In this document: positions 11,930 through 25,337 of the stretch, piece by piece
Position numbering within the stretch: the first letter of the stretch is position 1
Layout of the letters: each line of letters opens with the position of its first letter
Origin: Eledone cirrhosa
Taxonomy: Eukaryota
Assembly (NCBI GenBank): GCA_964016885.1
Contig: OZ024760.1
Location: 29,140,001 to 29,204,000 of the forward strand
Length of the DNA: 64,000 bases
Reading direction: 5' to 3'
Translations under genes and position numbers: made by a program
Notes under the pieces: generated by a model
Told to the model about the DNA's origin: nothing
The model's database searches: none
Seen by the model: the letters and a program-made list of their open reading frames with translations, nothing else

Positions 11930-13025
11930 GGTGATGGGGGGGTAGCAATGTAGTGGTAGGGTGGTGGTGGTGGTGATGGGGTAGTGGTAGGGTGTAGTGG
12001 TGGTGGTGGTGGTGGTGGTAAGGTGTGGTGGTGGTAGGGTGTAGTGGTGGTGGCGGTAGTGGTTGGTGGTGTTGGGTGTAGTGGTGGTGGAGGTAGGGTG
12101 TGGGGGTGGTAGGGTGTAGTGGTGGTGGTAGGGTGTAGTGGTGCTGGTGGAAGGGTGTAGTGGTGGTGGTGGTGGTAGGGTGTAGTGTGGAAGTGGTGGT
12201 GGTAGAGTGTAGTGGTGGAGGTGGTGGCGGAAGGGTGGAAGGAGGGTGTGGTGGTGGTCGTGGTGAGGGTAGGGGAAGGATGTTAGTGAACTTTACACAT
12301 GCCATAAACTCTCTCACACACACACACACACTCATACTCTCACAGACATGCAACACACACACACTGATACCAGCACACACACACACACCAACACACACAC
12401 ACACACACACTGATACCAACATACACACACACACACTGATACCAACATACACACACTATTACCAACACATACACTCATACTCTCACAGACATGCAACACA
12501 CACACACTACTACCACACACTACTACCACACACTACTACCACACACACTACTACCACACACACTACCCCACACACTACTACCACACTACCTCACACTACT
12601 ACCACACACACTACTACCACACACCCTACCCCACACACTACTACCACACACACTACCCCACACACTACTACCACACACAATACCCCACACACTACTACCA
12701 CACACTACTACCACACACACTACCCCACACACTACTACCACACACAATACCCCACACACTAACACACACTACTACAACACACTACCCCACACACTACTAC
12801 CACACACTACTACCACACATACTATGACCATACACTACTACCACACACACTACACCACACACACTACACCTCACACACTAGACCTCACACTACTACCACA
12901 CACACTACCATACGCTACTACTACACACACTACCCCACACACTACTACCATACACACTACCACCACACACTGCCATCATACACTACTACAACACACACTA
13001 CCACTACACACATACACTGCCATAC
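11930..13025. repeat. Low-complexity (GGT/AGT)-rich tract followed by a (CAC/TAC)-rich tract
   Basis: Direct reading; the two halves are compositionally complementary. Confidence 0.85.
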
Positions 13026-13192
13026 CATCTAAACTAACTTCTCTACGCCACTTATAGATTAACAAAAATCAATCAGATCAGCAAAGTTTTATCTATGTTT
13101 TATTTATTTATTATATAGATTTTTAGAATTATTAAACTTATTTGTTCTAAAATTATGAAACAGAAATAAGTATTACAATGTATCCTTGAAAA

Positions 13193-16100
13193 TAGTTACT
13201 ATGTTTAACCCCCTATTGTACTAAATATACTATAGTTACTATGTTTAATCCCCTATAGTACTAAATATACTATAGTTACTATCTTTAACCCCCTATTGTA
13301 CTAAATATACTATAGTTACTATGTTTAACCCCCTATTCTACTAAATATACTATAGTTACTATGTTTAGCCCCCTATTATACTAAATATACTATAGTTACT
13401 ATTAGCAACACCCTATTGTACTAAATATACTATACTTAATGTTTATCCCCATATTGTGTTAAATATACTATAGTTACAATATTTATCCCCCTATTCTACT
13501 AAATATACTATAGTTACTATGTTCAGCCCCCTATTCTACTAAATATACTATAGTTACTATGTTTAGTCTCCTATTTTACTAAATATACTAAAGTTACTCG
13601 TTTTAATCTCCTATTGTACTAAATATGCTATACTCACTATGTTTAGCGCCCTATTGTACTAAATATACTATAGTTACTATGTTTATCCCCCTATTGTATT
13701 AAATATACTATAGTTACTATATTTAGCCCTGTATAGTACTAAATATACTATAGTGACTATGTTTAACCCCCTATTGTACTAAATAACATATACTTACTAT
13801 GTTTAGCCTCCTATTGTACTAAATATACTATAGTTACTATGTGTAGGCCGCAATTGTACTAGATATACTATAGTTACTATGATTAGCCCCCTATTGTACT
13901 AAATAAACTATAGTTACTATGTTTAAGCCCCTATTGTACTAAATATACTATAGTTACTATGTTCAACCCCCTATTGTACTATATATACTATAGTACTATC
14001 TTTAACCCCCTATTTTACTAAATATACTATACTTACTATGTTTAGTCTCCTATTGTACTAAATATACTATAGTTACTATGTTTAGCCCCCTATTGAACTA
14101 AACATCTATAGTTACTCAGTTTAACCCACTATTGTACTAAATATACTATAGTTAATATGTTTAGCCCCCCTATTGTATTAAATATACTATAGTCTTTGTT
14201 TAGCCCCCTATTGTTCTAAATAGACTATAGTTACTCTCTTTAACCCCCTATTTTACTAAATATATTATAGTTACTATGTTTAACCCCCTATTGTACTAAA
14301 TATACTATAGTTACTATGTTTAGTCTTCTATTGTACTAAATATACTATAGTTACTATGCCTAGCCCCTATTGCGCTAAATATACTATAGTTAGTATGTCT
14401 AGCCCCCTATTGTACTAAATATACTATAGTTACTATGGTTAGTGTCCTATTTTACTAAATATTCCATAGTTACTATGTTTAGCCCCCTATTGTACTAAAT
14501 ATACTATAGTTACTATGTTTATTCCCATATTGTGTTAAATATACTATAGTTACAATGTTTAGCCCCCTATTCTACTAAATATACTATAGTTACTATATTC
14601 AACACCCTATTGTACTAAATATACTATAGTTACTATGTTTAGTCTCATATTTTACTAAATATACTATAGTTACTCTGTTTAGTCTCCTATTGTACTAAAT
14701 ATACTATACTTACTATGTTTCGCCCCCTATTGTACTAAATATACTATAGTCACTATTTAGCCCCCTATTGTTCTAAATATACTATAGTTACTATGTCGAG
14801 CCCCCTATTGTACTAAATATACTTTAGTTACTATGTTTAGCCCCCTATTGTACTAAATAATCTATAGTTACTCTGTTTAGTCTCCTATTGTACTAAATAT
14901 ACTATACTTACTATGTTAGCGTCCTATTGTACTAAATATACTATAGTCACTATGTTTAGCCCCCAATTGTTCTAAATATACTATAGTTACAAAGTCTAGC
15001 CCCCTATTGTACTAAATATGCTATATTTACTATGTTTAGCCCCCTATTGTACTAGATATACTATAGTTACGATGGTTAGGCCCCTGTTGTACTAAATATA
15101 CTATAGTTACTATGTCTAGCCCCCTATTGTACTAAATATACTATAGTTACTATGTTTAGTCTCCGATTGTACTGAATATACTATACTTACTATGTTTAGC
15201 CGCCTATTGTACTAAATATACTAAAGTCACAATGTTTAGCCCCCTATTGTTCTAAATATACTATAGTTACTATGTCTAGCCTCCTATTGTACTAAATATA
15301 CTATAATTACTAAGTTTAGCCCCGTATTGTATTAAATATACTATAGTCCCTGTTTAGCCCCCTATTGTTCTAAATAGACTATAGTTACTCTCCTTTAACC
15401 CCCTATTTTATTAAATATATTATAGTTACTATGTTTAACCCCCTATTGTACTAAATATACTATAGTTACTATGTTTAGTCTTCTATCGTACTAAATATAC
15501 TATAGTTACTATGTTTAGACCCCTATTGTACTAAATATGCTATAGTTACTACGTTTATCCCCATATTGTGTTAAATATACTATAGTTACTATGTTTAGTC
15601 TCCTATTGTACTAAATATACTATACTTACTATGTTTAGCCCCCTATTGTACTAAATATACTATAGTCCCTGTTTAGCCCCTATTGTTCTAAATAGACTAT
15701 AGTTACTATGTCAAGCCCACTATTGTACTAAATATACGATAGTTACTATGTTTAGCCCCCTATTGTACTAAATATACTATAGTTACTATGTTTAGCCCCC
15801 TATTGTATTAAATATACTATAGTTACTATGTTTAGCCCTGTATTGTACTAAATAAATTATAGTTACTATGTTAACCCCCTATTGTACTAAATAACCTATA
15901 CTTACTATGTTTAGCCCCCTATTGTACTAAATATGCTATAGTTACTATATTTAGTCTCCTATTTTACTAAATCTACTATAGTTACTATCTTTAGTCTCCT
16001 TTTGTACTAAATATACTATAGTTACTATGTTTAGGCCCCAATTGTACTAAATATACTATAGTTTCTATGTTTAGCCGCCTATTGTACTAAATATACTATA

Positions 16101-19100
16101 GTTACTATGTTTAGCCCCTATTGCACTAAATATACTATAGTTACTCTGTTTGTCTCCCATTGTACTAAATATACTATAGTTACTATATTTATTCCCAATT
16201 TGTGTTAAATATACTCTAGTTACAATGTTTAGCCCCCTATTCTACTAACTATACTATAGTTACTATTAGCAACACCCTATTGTACTAAATATACTATAGT
16301 CACTGTTTAGCCACCTATTGTTCTAAATATACTATAGTTACTATTTTTAGCCTCCTATTGTACTAAATATACTATAGTTACTATGATTAGCCCCCTATTG
16401 TACTAAATAAATTATAGTTACTATCTTTAAACCGCTATTTTACTAAATATACTATAGTTACTATGATTAGCCCCTATTGTACTAATTATACTATAGTTAC
16501 TATCTTTAAACCGCTATTTTACTAAATATACTATAGTTACTATGTTTAAGCCCTTTTTCTACTAAATATACTATAGTTACTATGTTTAACACCCTATTTT
16601 ACTAAATATACTATAGTTACTATATTTAGCCGCCTATTGTACTAAATATACTATAGTTAATATGTTTAGCACCATATTGTACTAAAGTTACTATGTTTAG
16701 TCTCCTATTTTACTACATATACTATAGTTACTCTGTTTAGTGTCCTATTGTATTAATATACTATACTTAATGTTTAGCTCGCTATTGTATTAAATATTCT
16801 ATAATTACTATGTCTAGCCGCCTATTGTACTAAATATACTATAGTTACTATGTTTAGCCCCCTATTGTACTAGATATACTATATTTACTATGTTTAACCA
16901 CGTATTGTACTAAATATACTATAGTTACTATGTTTAGTCTCCTATTGTACTACATATACTAAAGTTTCTATGTTTAGCTGCCTATTACACTAAATATACT
17001 ATAGTTACTATGTTTAGCCCCCTATTGTACTAAACATACTAGAGTTACTCTGTTTAACCCACTAGTGTACTAAATATACTATAGTTACTATGTTTAGCCC
17101 CTATTGCACTAAATATACTATAGTTACTCTGTCTCCTATTGTACTAAATATACTATAGTTACTATATTTATTCCCAATTTGTGTTAAATATACTATAGTT
17201 ACAATGTTTAGCCCCCTATTCTACTAACTATACTATAGTTACTATATTCAACACCCTATTGTACTAAATATACTATAGTTACTATGTTTAGTCTCCTATT
17301 GCACTAAATATACTATACTGACTATGTTTAGCCCCCTATTGTACTAAATATACTATAGTCACTGTTTAGCCACCTGTTGTTCTAATTAGACTATAGTTAC
17401 TATGTCTAGCCCCCTATTGTACTAAATATACTATAGTTACTATGTTTAACCCCCTATTGTACTATATATACTATAGTTACTATCTTTAACCCCCTATTTT
17501 ACTAAATATACTATACTTACTATGTTTAACCCTCTATTGTACTAAATATACTATAGTTACTATGTTTAGTCTCCTATTGTACTAAATATACTATAGTTAC
17601 TATGTTTAGTCTCCTATTGTACTAAATATAATATAGTTACTATGTTTAGGCCCCGATTGTACTAAATATACTATAGTTTCTATGTTTAGCCCCTATTGTG
17701 TTAAATATACTATAGTTACAATGTTTAGCCCCTATTGTACTAAATATACTACAGTTACTATGTTTAGCCCCCTATTGTACTAAAGTTACTATGTTTAGTC
17801 TCCTATTTTACTAAATATACTATAGTTCCTCTGTTTAGTCTCCTATTGTACTAAATATACTATACTTAATGTTTAGCTCGCTATTGTATTAAATATTCTA
17901 TACTTACTATGTTTAGCCCCCTATTGTACTAAATATAATATAGTTACTATGTTTAGGCTCCTATTGTACTAAATATACTATAGTTACTATGTTTAGTCTC
18001 CTATTGTACTAAATATACTATACTTACTATTTTTAGCCCCCTATTGTACTAAATATACTATAGTCACTATGTTTGTCCCCCTGTTGTTCTAAATAGACTA
18101 TAGTTACTATGTCTAGCCCCCTATCGTACTAAATATACTATTCTCACTATGTTTAGCCCCCTATTGTAATAAATATACTATAGTTACTATTTTTAGCCCC
18201 CTATTGTACTAAATATACTATAGTCACTATGTTTAGCCCCCTATTGTTCTAAATATACTATATTTACTATGTCTAGCCCCCTATTGTACTAAATATACTA
18301 TAGTTACTATGTTTAGCCCCTATTGTACTAAATATACTATAATTACTATGTTTAGGCCCCTATTGTATTAAATATACTATAGTTACTATGTTTAGCCCTG
18401 CATTTTACTAAATATATAATAGTAACCATGTTTAACCCCCTATTGTACTAAATAACCTAAACTTACTATGTTTAAGCCCCGATTGTACTAAATTTACTGA
18501 AGTAACTATCTTTACCCCCCCCCCTATTTTACTAAATATACTATGGTTACTATGTTTAACCCCCTATTGTATTAAATATACTATAGTTAGTATGTTTAGT
18601 CTCCTATTGTACTAAATATACTATAGTTACTATTTTTAGTCTCCTATTGTACTAAATATATTATAGTTACTATGTTTAGCCCCCGATTGTACTAAATATA
18701 CTATAGTTTCTATGTTTAGCCTCCTATTGTACTAAATATGCTCTAGTTACTATGTTTAGCCCCATATTGTATTAAATATACTATAGTTACAATGTTTAGC
18801 CCCTTATTGTACTAAATATACTATAGTTACTATGTTTAGCCCCCTATTGTACTAAATATAATATAGTTACTAGGTTTAGTCTCCTATTGTACTAAATATA
18901 CTATAGTTACTATGTTTAGTCTCCTATTGTACTAAATATACTATACTTAATGTTTAGCTCGCTATTGTATTAAATATTCTATAGTTACTATGTTTAGCCC
19001 CCTATTGTACTGAATATACTCTAGTTACTCTGTTTATGCTCCTATTGTACTAAATATACTATACTTACTATATTTATCCCCCTATTGTACCAAATATACT

Positions 19101-20382
19101 ATAGTCACTATTTTTGGCCCCCTGTTGTTCTAAATAGACTATAGTTACTCTGTTTAGCCCCCTATTGTACTAAATATACCATAGTTACTATGTTTAGCCG
19201 CATATTGTATTAAATACACTATAGTTACAATGTTTAGCCGCCTATTGTACTAAATATGCTATAGTTACTATGTTTAGCCCCCTATTGTACTAAATATAAT
19301 ATAGTTACTATGTTTAGTCTCCTATTGTACTAAATATACTATAGTTACTATGTTTAGTCTCCTATTGTACTATATGTACTATAGTTACTATGTTTAGTCT
19401 CCTATTGTACTGAATATACTATACTTACTATGTTTAGCTCCCTATTGTACTAAATATACTATAGTCACTATGTTTAGCTCCCTATTGTTCTAAATATACT
19501 ATAGTTACTATGTCTAGCCCCCTATTGTACTAAATATACTATCGTTACTATGTTTAGCCCCCTATTGTACTAAATATACTATAATTACTTTGTTTAGCCC
19601 CCTATTGTATTAAATATACTATAGTTACTATGTTTAGCCCCATATTGTACTAAAAAACGTATACTTACTATGTTTAAGCCCCGATTGTACTAAATATACT
19701 ATAGTTACTAGCATTACCCCTCTCCCTATTTTACTAAATATACTATAGTTACTATGTTAGTCTCCTATTTTACTAAATATACTATAGTTCCTATGTTTAG
19801 TCTCCTATTGTACTAAATATACTATAGTTACTATGTTTAGCCCCCTATTGTACTAAATATACTATAGTTACTATGTTTAGCCCCCTATTGTACTAAATAT
19901 ACTATAATTACTATGTTTAGCCCCCTATTGTACTAAATATACTATAGTAACTATGTTTAACCCCCTATTGTACTAAATAACGTATACTTACTATGTTTAA
20001 GCCCCGATTGTACTAAATATACTATAGTTACTATGTTTAGTCTCCTATTGTACTAAATATATTATAGTTACTATGTTTAGCCCCCGATTGTACTAAATAT
20101 ACTATAGTTTCTATGTTTAGCCGCCTATTGTACTAAATATACTCTAGTTACTATGTTTAGCCCCATATTGTATTAAATATACTATAGTTACAATGTTTAG
20201 CCCCTTATTGTACTAAATATACTATAGTTACAATGTTTAGCCCCTATTGTACTAAATATACTATAGTTACTATGTTTAGTCTCCTATTGTACTAAATATA
20301 CTATAGTTACTATGTTTAGTCTCCTATTGTACTAAATATACTATAGTTACTATCTTTAAATATACTATAGTTACTATGTTTA
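13193..20382. repeat. 7.2-kb satellite of 40-bp monomers (~180 copies)
   Basis: Consensus tagttactatgtttagccccctattgtactaaatatacta; diverged monomers with kb-scale repeated variant blocks. Confidence 0.97.
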
Positions 20383-20809
20383 TGAATTAAAGTATTAATA
20401 ACGTAGACAGGCACTACCTATGTCATTAACCTTTTCATTACCATATTTCTAATGAAAGACACTGTCATTAACCCTTTTGTTAATTAATTTTGAAAATGTC
20501 CATGAACGAACTTGTATTGATTTAGTAATATAAGTAACTTTCTCATTATTAAGCTGGTGTCTGGAACATAACTTCATAAAGGTTTTTATAATATGTTGGA
20601 AGGTAATAATTTAAATAGGAGCTGGTTTGGAGGTATCTTTCTTCTGAAAGAATTAGAATATATATATTAGTGTTGTTGTTGTTGTTGTTATTTAACCCAA
20701 AGTCAGACTTGATATAGTGGTGGTGGGGGGTGGTGGGGGTTATAGCTAGAACACTTGATCATAGGTCTTCTGATCCACACCTAACCTGGCGTTAAATAAC
20801 AGCAGCAAT

Positions 20810-20812
20810 ACT

Positions 20813-20851
<39 letters not shown>

Positions 20852-21027
20852 CACTACTATTATTATTACTACTACTATTACCACTACTACTATCGCCACT
20901 ACTACTACTACTATCCCTACTACTACTACTGCTACTATCGCTACTACTACTACTACTACAACTATTACCACTACTACTATCGCCACTACTACTACTACTA
21001 TCGCTACTACTACTACTGCTACTATCG

Positions 21028-21079
<52 letters not shown>

Positions 21080-21144
21080 TACTATTATTATCACTGCTAC
21101 TACTATTATTATTACTACTACTACTACCACTACTATTATTATCG

Positions 21145-21181
<37 letters not shown>

Positions 21182-21305
21182 TTCTATTAATATTATTACT
21201 ATTATTACTGCTGATACTACTACTACTACCACTACTATTGCAACTATCGCTACCACCACCATTACTATTGCTACTACCACTACCACCACCACCACCACCA
21301 CTACT
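20810..21305. repeat. (TAC/CAC/TAT)n trinucleotide low-complexity tract
   Basis: Direct reading; source of the poly-V ORF. Confidence 0.9.
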
Positions 21306-22009
21306 AATGCTAAAGGGTTAAACTTTATTATACGTATCTCTTACATTTCTGTTAACAATCCAAGGGAAATAACTTATGGCTTCAGTTACGGTGGCTAATT
21401 TTTTTTAAAATAACTATATGTTAGTTGTTATATGAGAGCGATGGCTTTAGCAGTACCTGTGGAGCGTCGGACACCCTGCTTCGCTGCATAGAGTTATGAC
21501 CCTTTACGTTCTGAGTTCTAATTACGCCAACGTCAGTTTTGTTTTTCATCCTTACGGGGTCGATAAAATAAAGTACCAGTAATACACTGGAGTTGATTTC
21601 ATCGAATATCTCTGCCCCCTGACAGTGTTGGCTTTGTGATTAAATCTGAAACTGTTATATTTGGGGAATAGATATTGACGGGATCGAAAAGATCTCTCAC
21701 CTGATTCGCTTACTGAGTATAGGTGAAACTTGTTGTATCGGACCAAGGAAACAATGTTTCTGTTAGTCTTTCTATTGCTGATGCTATCTGCATGTTGTAA
21801 CTCCTGGCAGAAAGAGTAACATGAAATAGTGTCTTGCTCGAGGATATAACACATCACCTGGTCCAGGAATCGAACTCACAAACTCACAATTGCGAATCTA
21901 ATTCCCTCACCACAAAGCCACACTCCTTCACTGTTATATTTTGGGGTGGCCATTTTACCAATAAAAACACACACACTACTAGTATTTCACTTTATTATTG
22001 TTAGTTATT

Positions 22010-22198
22010 GTTAGGGCGGTGGATTGGCAGTATCGGTAGAGGGTCGGATGCCATGCTTTCCAGCATAGTTACGTCCCTTTATGATCTGAGTTCAAATCCC
22101 GCCGAGGTTGACTTTGCCTTTCATCCTTACGGGGTCGATAAAATAAAGTACCAGTAATGCACTGGGTAATTGCTGGCCTTGTGCCTAAAGTAGAAACA
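22010..22198 (+). mobile_element. SINE family B, full length, 16-bp TSD
   Basis: attattgttagttatt at 21994-22009 and 22199-22214; B box gagttcaaatccc. Confidence 0.88.
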
Positions 22199-22564
22199 AT
22201 TATTGTTAGTTATTATTTATGTCAAAGCTCTTTCATCACACATCCTGTGACCTCCTCAATTACTATTTGTTCTTCTTCTCTGTCTCCTCCTCTTCTCTTT
22301 GGTTTTATTCCATTTACACCTTCTAAGAGAAACAATAAAATACATGTTTCAATACATGATTTCACATGAAGAATCTTGCAAAATAAATACATGAATATAT
22401 TTTCCTTATATCTCTTGTAATACATTTTTACGAATTTTGTTATTTTCATTCATGAAATTTGCAATTTCATTTCGATTAGGAAATCAATAAAAAAAAATTA
22501 TGTGACAAATGTTTCTGTTTAAATGGATGTTCAAAAGTATGTATGTATGTGTGTGTGTGTGTGC

Positions 22565-22620
<56 letters not shown>

Positions 22621-22899
22621 GTATGTATGTTCTGGTTTTATAATTTTATAAATATTTACCAATAGAGAGAGAATCGGTTTCTAACATAGACACAAGACTC
22701 TTTCATTGGAATTTACACATCAACTAGGTAGATATGTATGTCTGCATGTGTGTGCAGGTATGGATGTTATTGTATGTGTGGATGTGGATATTTTGAGTTA
22801 TATGTGTGCATGTGTATATGCTTTGTATTTGTATAGTTATTACATACAGAATTTTTGGAATGTTTTACATATTTTCACTGTTCCATTAATGGATTGTAC

Positions 22900-24935
22900 T
22901 TGTAATTTCGTAACTAGTTGTGTCCTTTCTGTTCCTGTGAAACCTATCTTCTCAAGATTTGTATTGAGGCAGTTACTAACATACCCCAGTAATCACAGGC
23001 ATAAATCTGAAGGCATAGTCAGGGTGGAGTATCTCCAGATTTCTTATTAGTTCTGCACAGATATTCTCCTTTTCACTAATCTTTGATATTATATTAGCAT
23101 CTGCTGGGCAGCTAATTTCCATCATTGTGCATGCCTTCTTTTCCCTGTAACATTTCATTATATCTGGTCTGTTATGCCTGCATTTTATTGGGGTTTTTAC
23201 TGGAACATTCCACCAGTACTCTTTCATATTATATATATGTATGTATGTCTTCTACATTGCTGTAGCTTTTAATGTGTTTATTATCTGGGCTATCTTTTCT
23301 ACGGATTGCATTGTACAGTGTTTTGGCCATTACATCATGCCACACAAAAGACTTATGGCGAAACTCTCTGCAATGGGTGTGAAAGATGATCTTTTTAACT
23401 GGTTGAAATCCTTCATTCTCAGCCGAAAAGAGTTAGTCCCGGTTCTAGGTCAGCATTCTTCACCATATGAGATGTCATCTGGTGTACCACAGGGATCTGT
23501 TCTTGGTCCCCTTTTGTTTGTTGCATACATTAATGACATAGATGCCAACTTAAAGAATGCCACAGTACTGAAATATGCAGATGACATCAAGCTGTACCTT
23601 AAAATCAAAAGGACAGATCCTGAAATCTATAACTCTTTCCTACAATCTGACCTGGACACAATGCAGCAATGGATCACAGACTGGCAACTGAAGCTGGCTG
23701 TGGACAAATGTACCACCATGCATTTTGGGAGGAAAAATCCAGCGTCCACATACTCCCCCCACGACACTGATATCAAGAAGTCCTCTTGTGAACGTGACCT
23801 GGGCATTACTGTCAGCAACGATTTACGTTGGACAAAGTACATCTCTAAAATTGTCAAGAAGGCCGAGGGTGTCTTGGCATTACTCAACAAGACCTTTGTT
23901 AGCCGCTCTCCAGCCATCTATTTAAAGCTGTATACAGTTATGGTACGACCACACTTGGAATTCGCATCATCAGTCTGGAACCCCTATCTTGCTCAGAACA
24001 TTGACCTCCTGGAAACTGTTCAGAGACGTGCAACCAAGCACATACCCTCCATCAGACGCCTACCATACTCTGAACGCCTTGCTTCCCGGGGCATGGATTC
24101 ATTGAAGCTCCGAAATCTGGCAATGGACTTGGTAAACACCCACAAAGTTATTAACCATCTCACCAACAACCCTGAGCACCTTTTTGATCTCCATGTGTCT
24201 AACACATGTGGACATGCCTACAAAGTCAGAAAACAGCACAGCTCCCATGACTTTTGGAAACATTTTTTCATGCTTAAAGTTGCTGAAGCATGGAACAAAC
24301 TGCCTGCGTCAGTTGTTAGCTGTCAAGACACTGCATCCTTTAAAACCCTCATGCTTCCCAAAATTCGACAAAACTACACCTTGTGTACCCCTTCCATACA
24401 CATGCACACACGTGTATATCATGACTCATGCACTGTTAATTTTCCTGACGTTTGTACATTACCCTATGTACTATAACATACACTTTTGATGAGCACTGTA
24501 CACAATATTTTCATTATTATTATATAATACTGCAATGACATCTTTGGACAGCTACTTATGACATGGGTGATATCCTCGATGTTAGTTCTGCAGAGTCTGC
24601 ACTTGTTATAACATCTAGGTGTTTTGCCTGCATCCCTATCTCTTTTGTGAACCAGGTATTTTGTGCTAATCTCCTGTTCCTGGATTGTAAAAGCGTAACC
24701 TTCAAAGTGGGAACCAATATAGCGGTTGTTGGTCCAAGATAGACTACTTTCCTTATCTATATTACTCTCACTCTGGAGCTTCCTGGCAACATATCCATGC
24801 ATGATTTTTTGCTGATAGGCATGCAGTTTTTCGTCCATGGATTCACTGCGATACTGCTGAGCGACATCCCTGGGTGTGAGTTTTTCATTATCACACAAGG
24901 AATATCTCACAAGGAGTTCCTTCCCAACTCTCACT
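22900..24935 (-). mobile_element. R4/Dong-like non-LTR retrotransposon 3' region (CCHC knuckle plus restriction-like endonuclease), split by a nested LINE
   Basis: IQEQEISTKY...KCRLCRTNIEDITHVISSCPKMSLQYY | HDVMAKTLYNAIRRKD...EYWWNVPVKTPIKCRHNRPDI...EISCPADANIISKISEKENI (PD-(D/E)xK motif). Confidence 0.8.
23340..24520 (+). mobile_element. 5'-truncated CR1/L2-type LINE; uninterrupted reverse transcriptase ORF fragment
   Basis: PHKRL...SGVPQGSVLGPLLF...YADDIKL...ERDLGI...VRPHLEFASSVWNP...LETVQRRATK...AWNKLP with an (ATT)n tail; 3' copies at 9632, 30870, 39680, 47240, 52645 and 55985. Confidence 0.92.
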
Positions 24936-25337
24936 GATAGCGAGGATGTGAGAGAGTGGGAGGTATAGAGAGGGAGTGAGAGAGTGGGAGGTATAGAGAG
25001 AGAGTGAGAGAGGGGGACTTATAGAGGGGGAGTGAGAGAGTGGAAGTTATAGAGAGGGAGTGAGAGAGTGGAAGTTATAGTGAGAGAGTAGGAGGTATAG
25101 AGAGGGTGTGAGAGAGTGGGAGAGATATAGAGAAAAGCACTCGACACCATTATTGCACTGGTATTATTATATCGATCTGGAGAGAATGACAGGTGAAGTT
25201 GACCTCTGTGGGATTTGAACTGAAAGACTATCGTAAAATATTCTGGCGTTCTAACGAGTCTAACCCTCTCCCCCTCACAGTAACACTGTCAGTGCATTAA
25301 CTTGAGAGTTATCTCCCTTAGACTTAGATGCCCATTA

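Noticed and set aside
13193-20382. CRISPR-like regular array
   Set aside because: Head-to-tail monomers without unique spacers, eukaryotic context and no cas genes; the same applies to all other arrays here.
23241-23339. Hydrophobic N-terminus on the 411-aa RT ORF suggesting a domesticated membrane-anchored RT
   Set aside because: This segment is the antisense strand of the R4/Dong-like host element, fused in frame by chance at the insertion junction.
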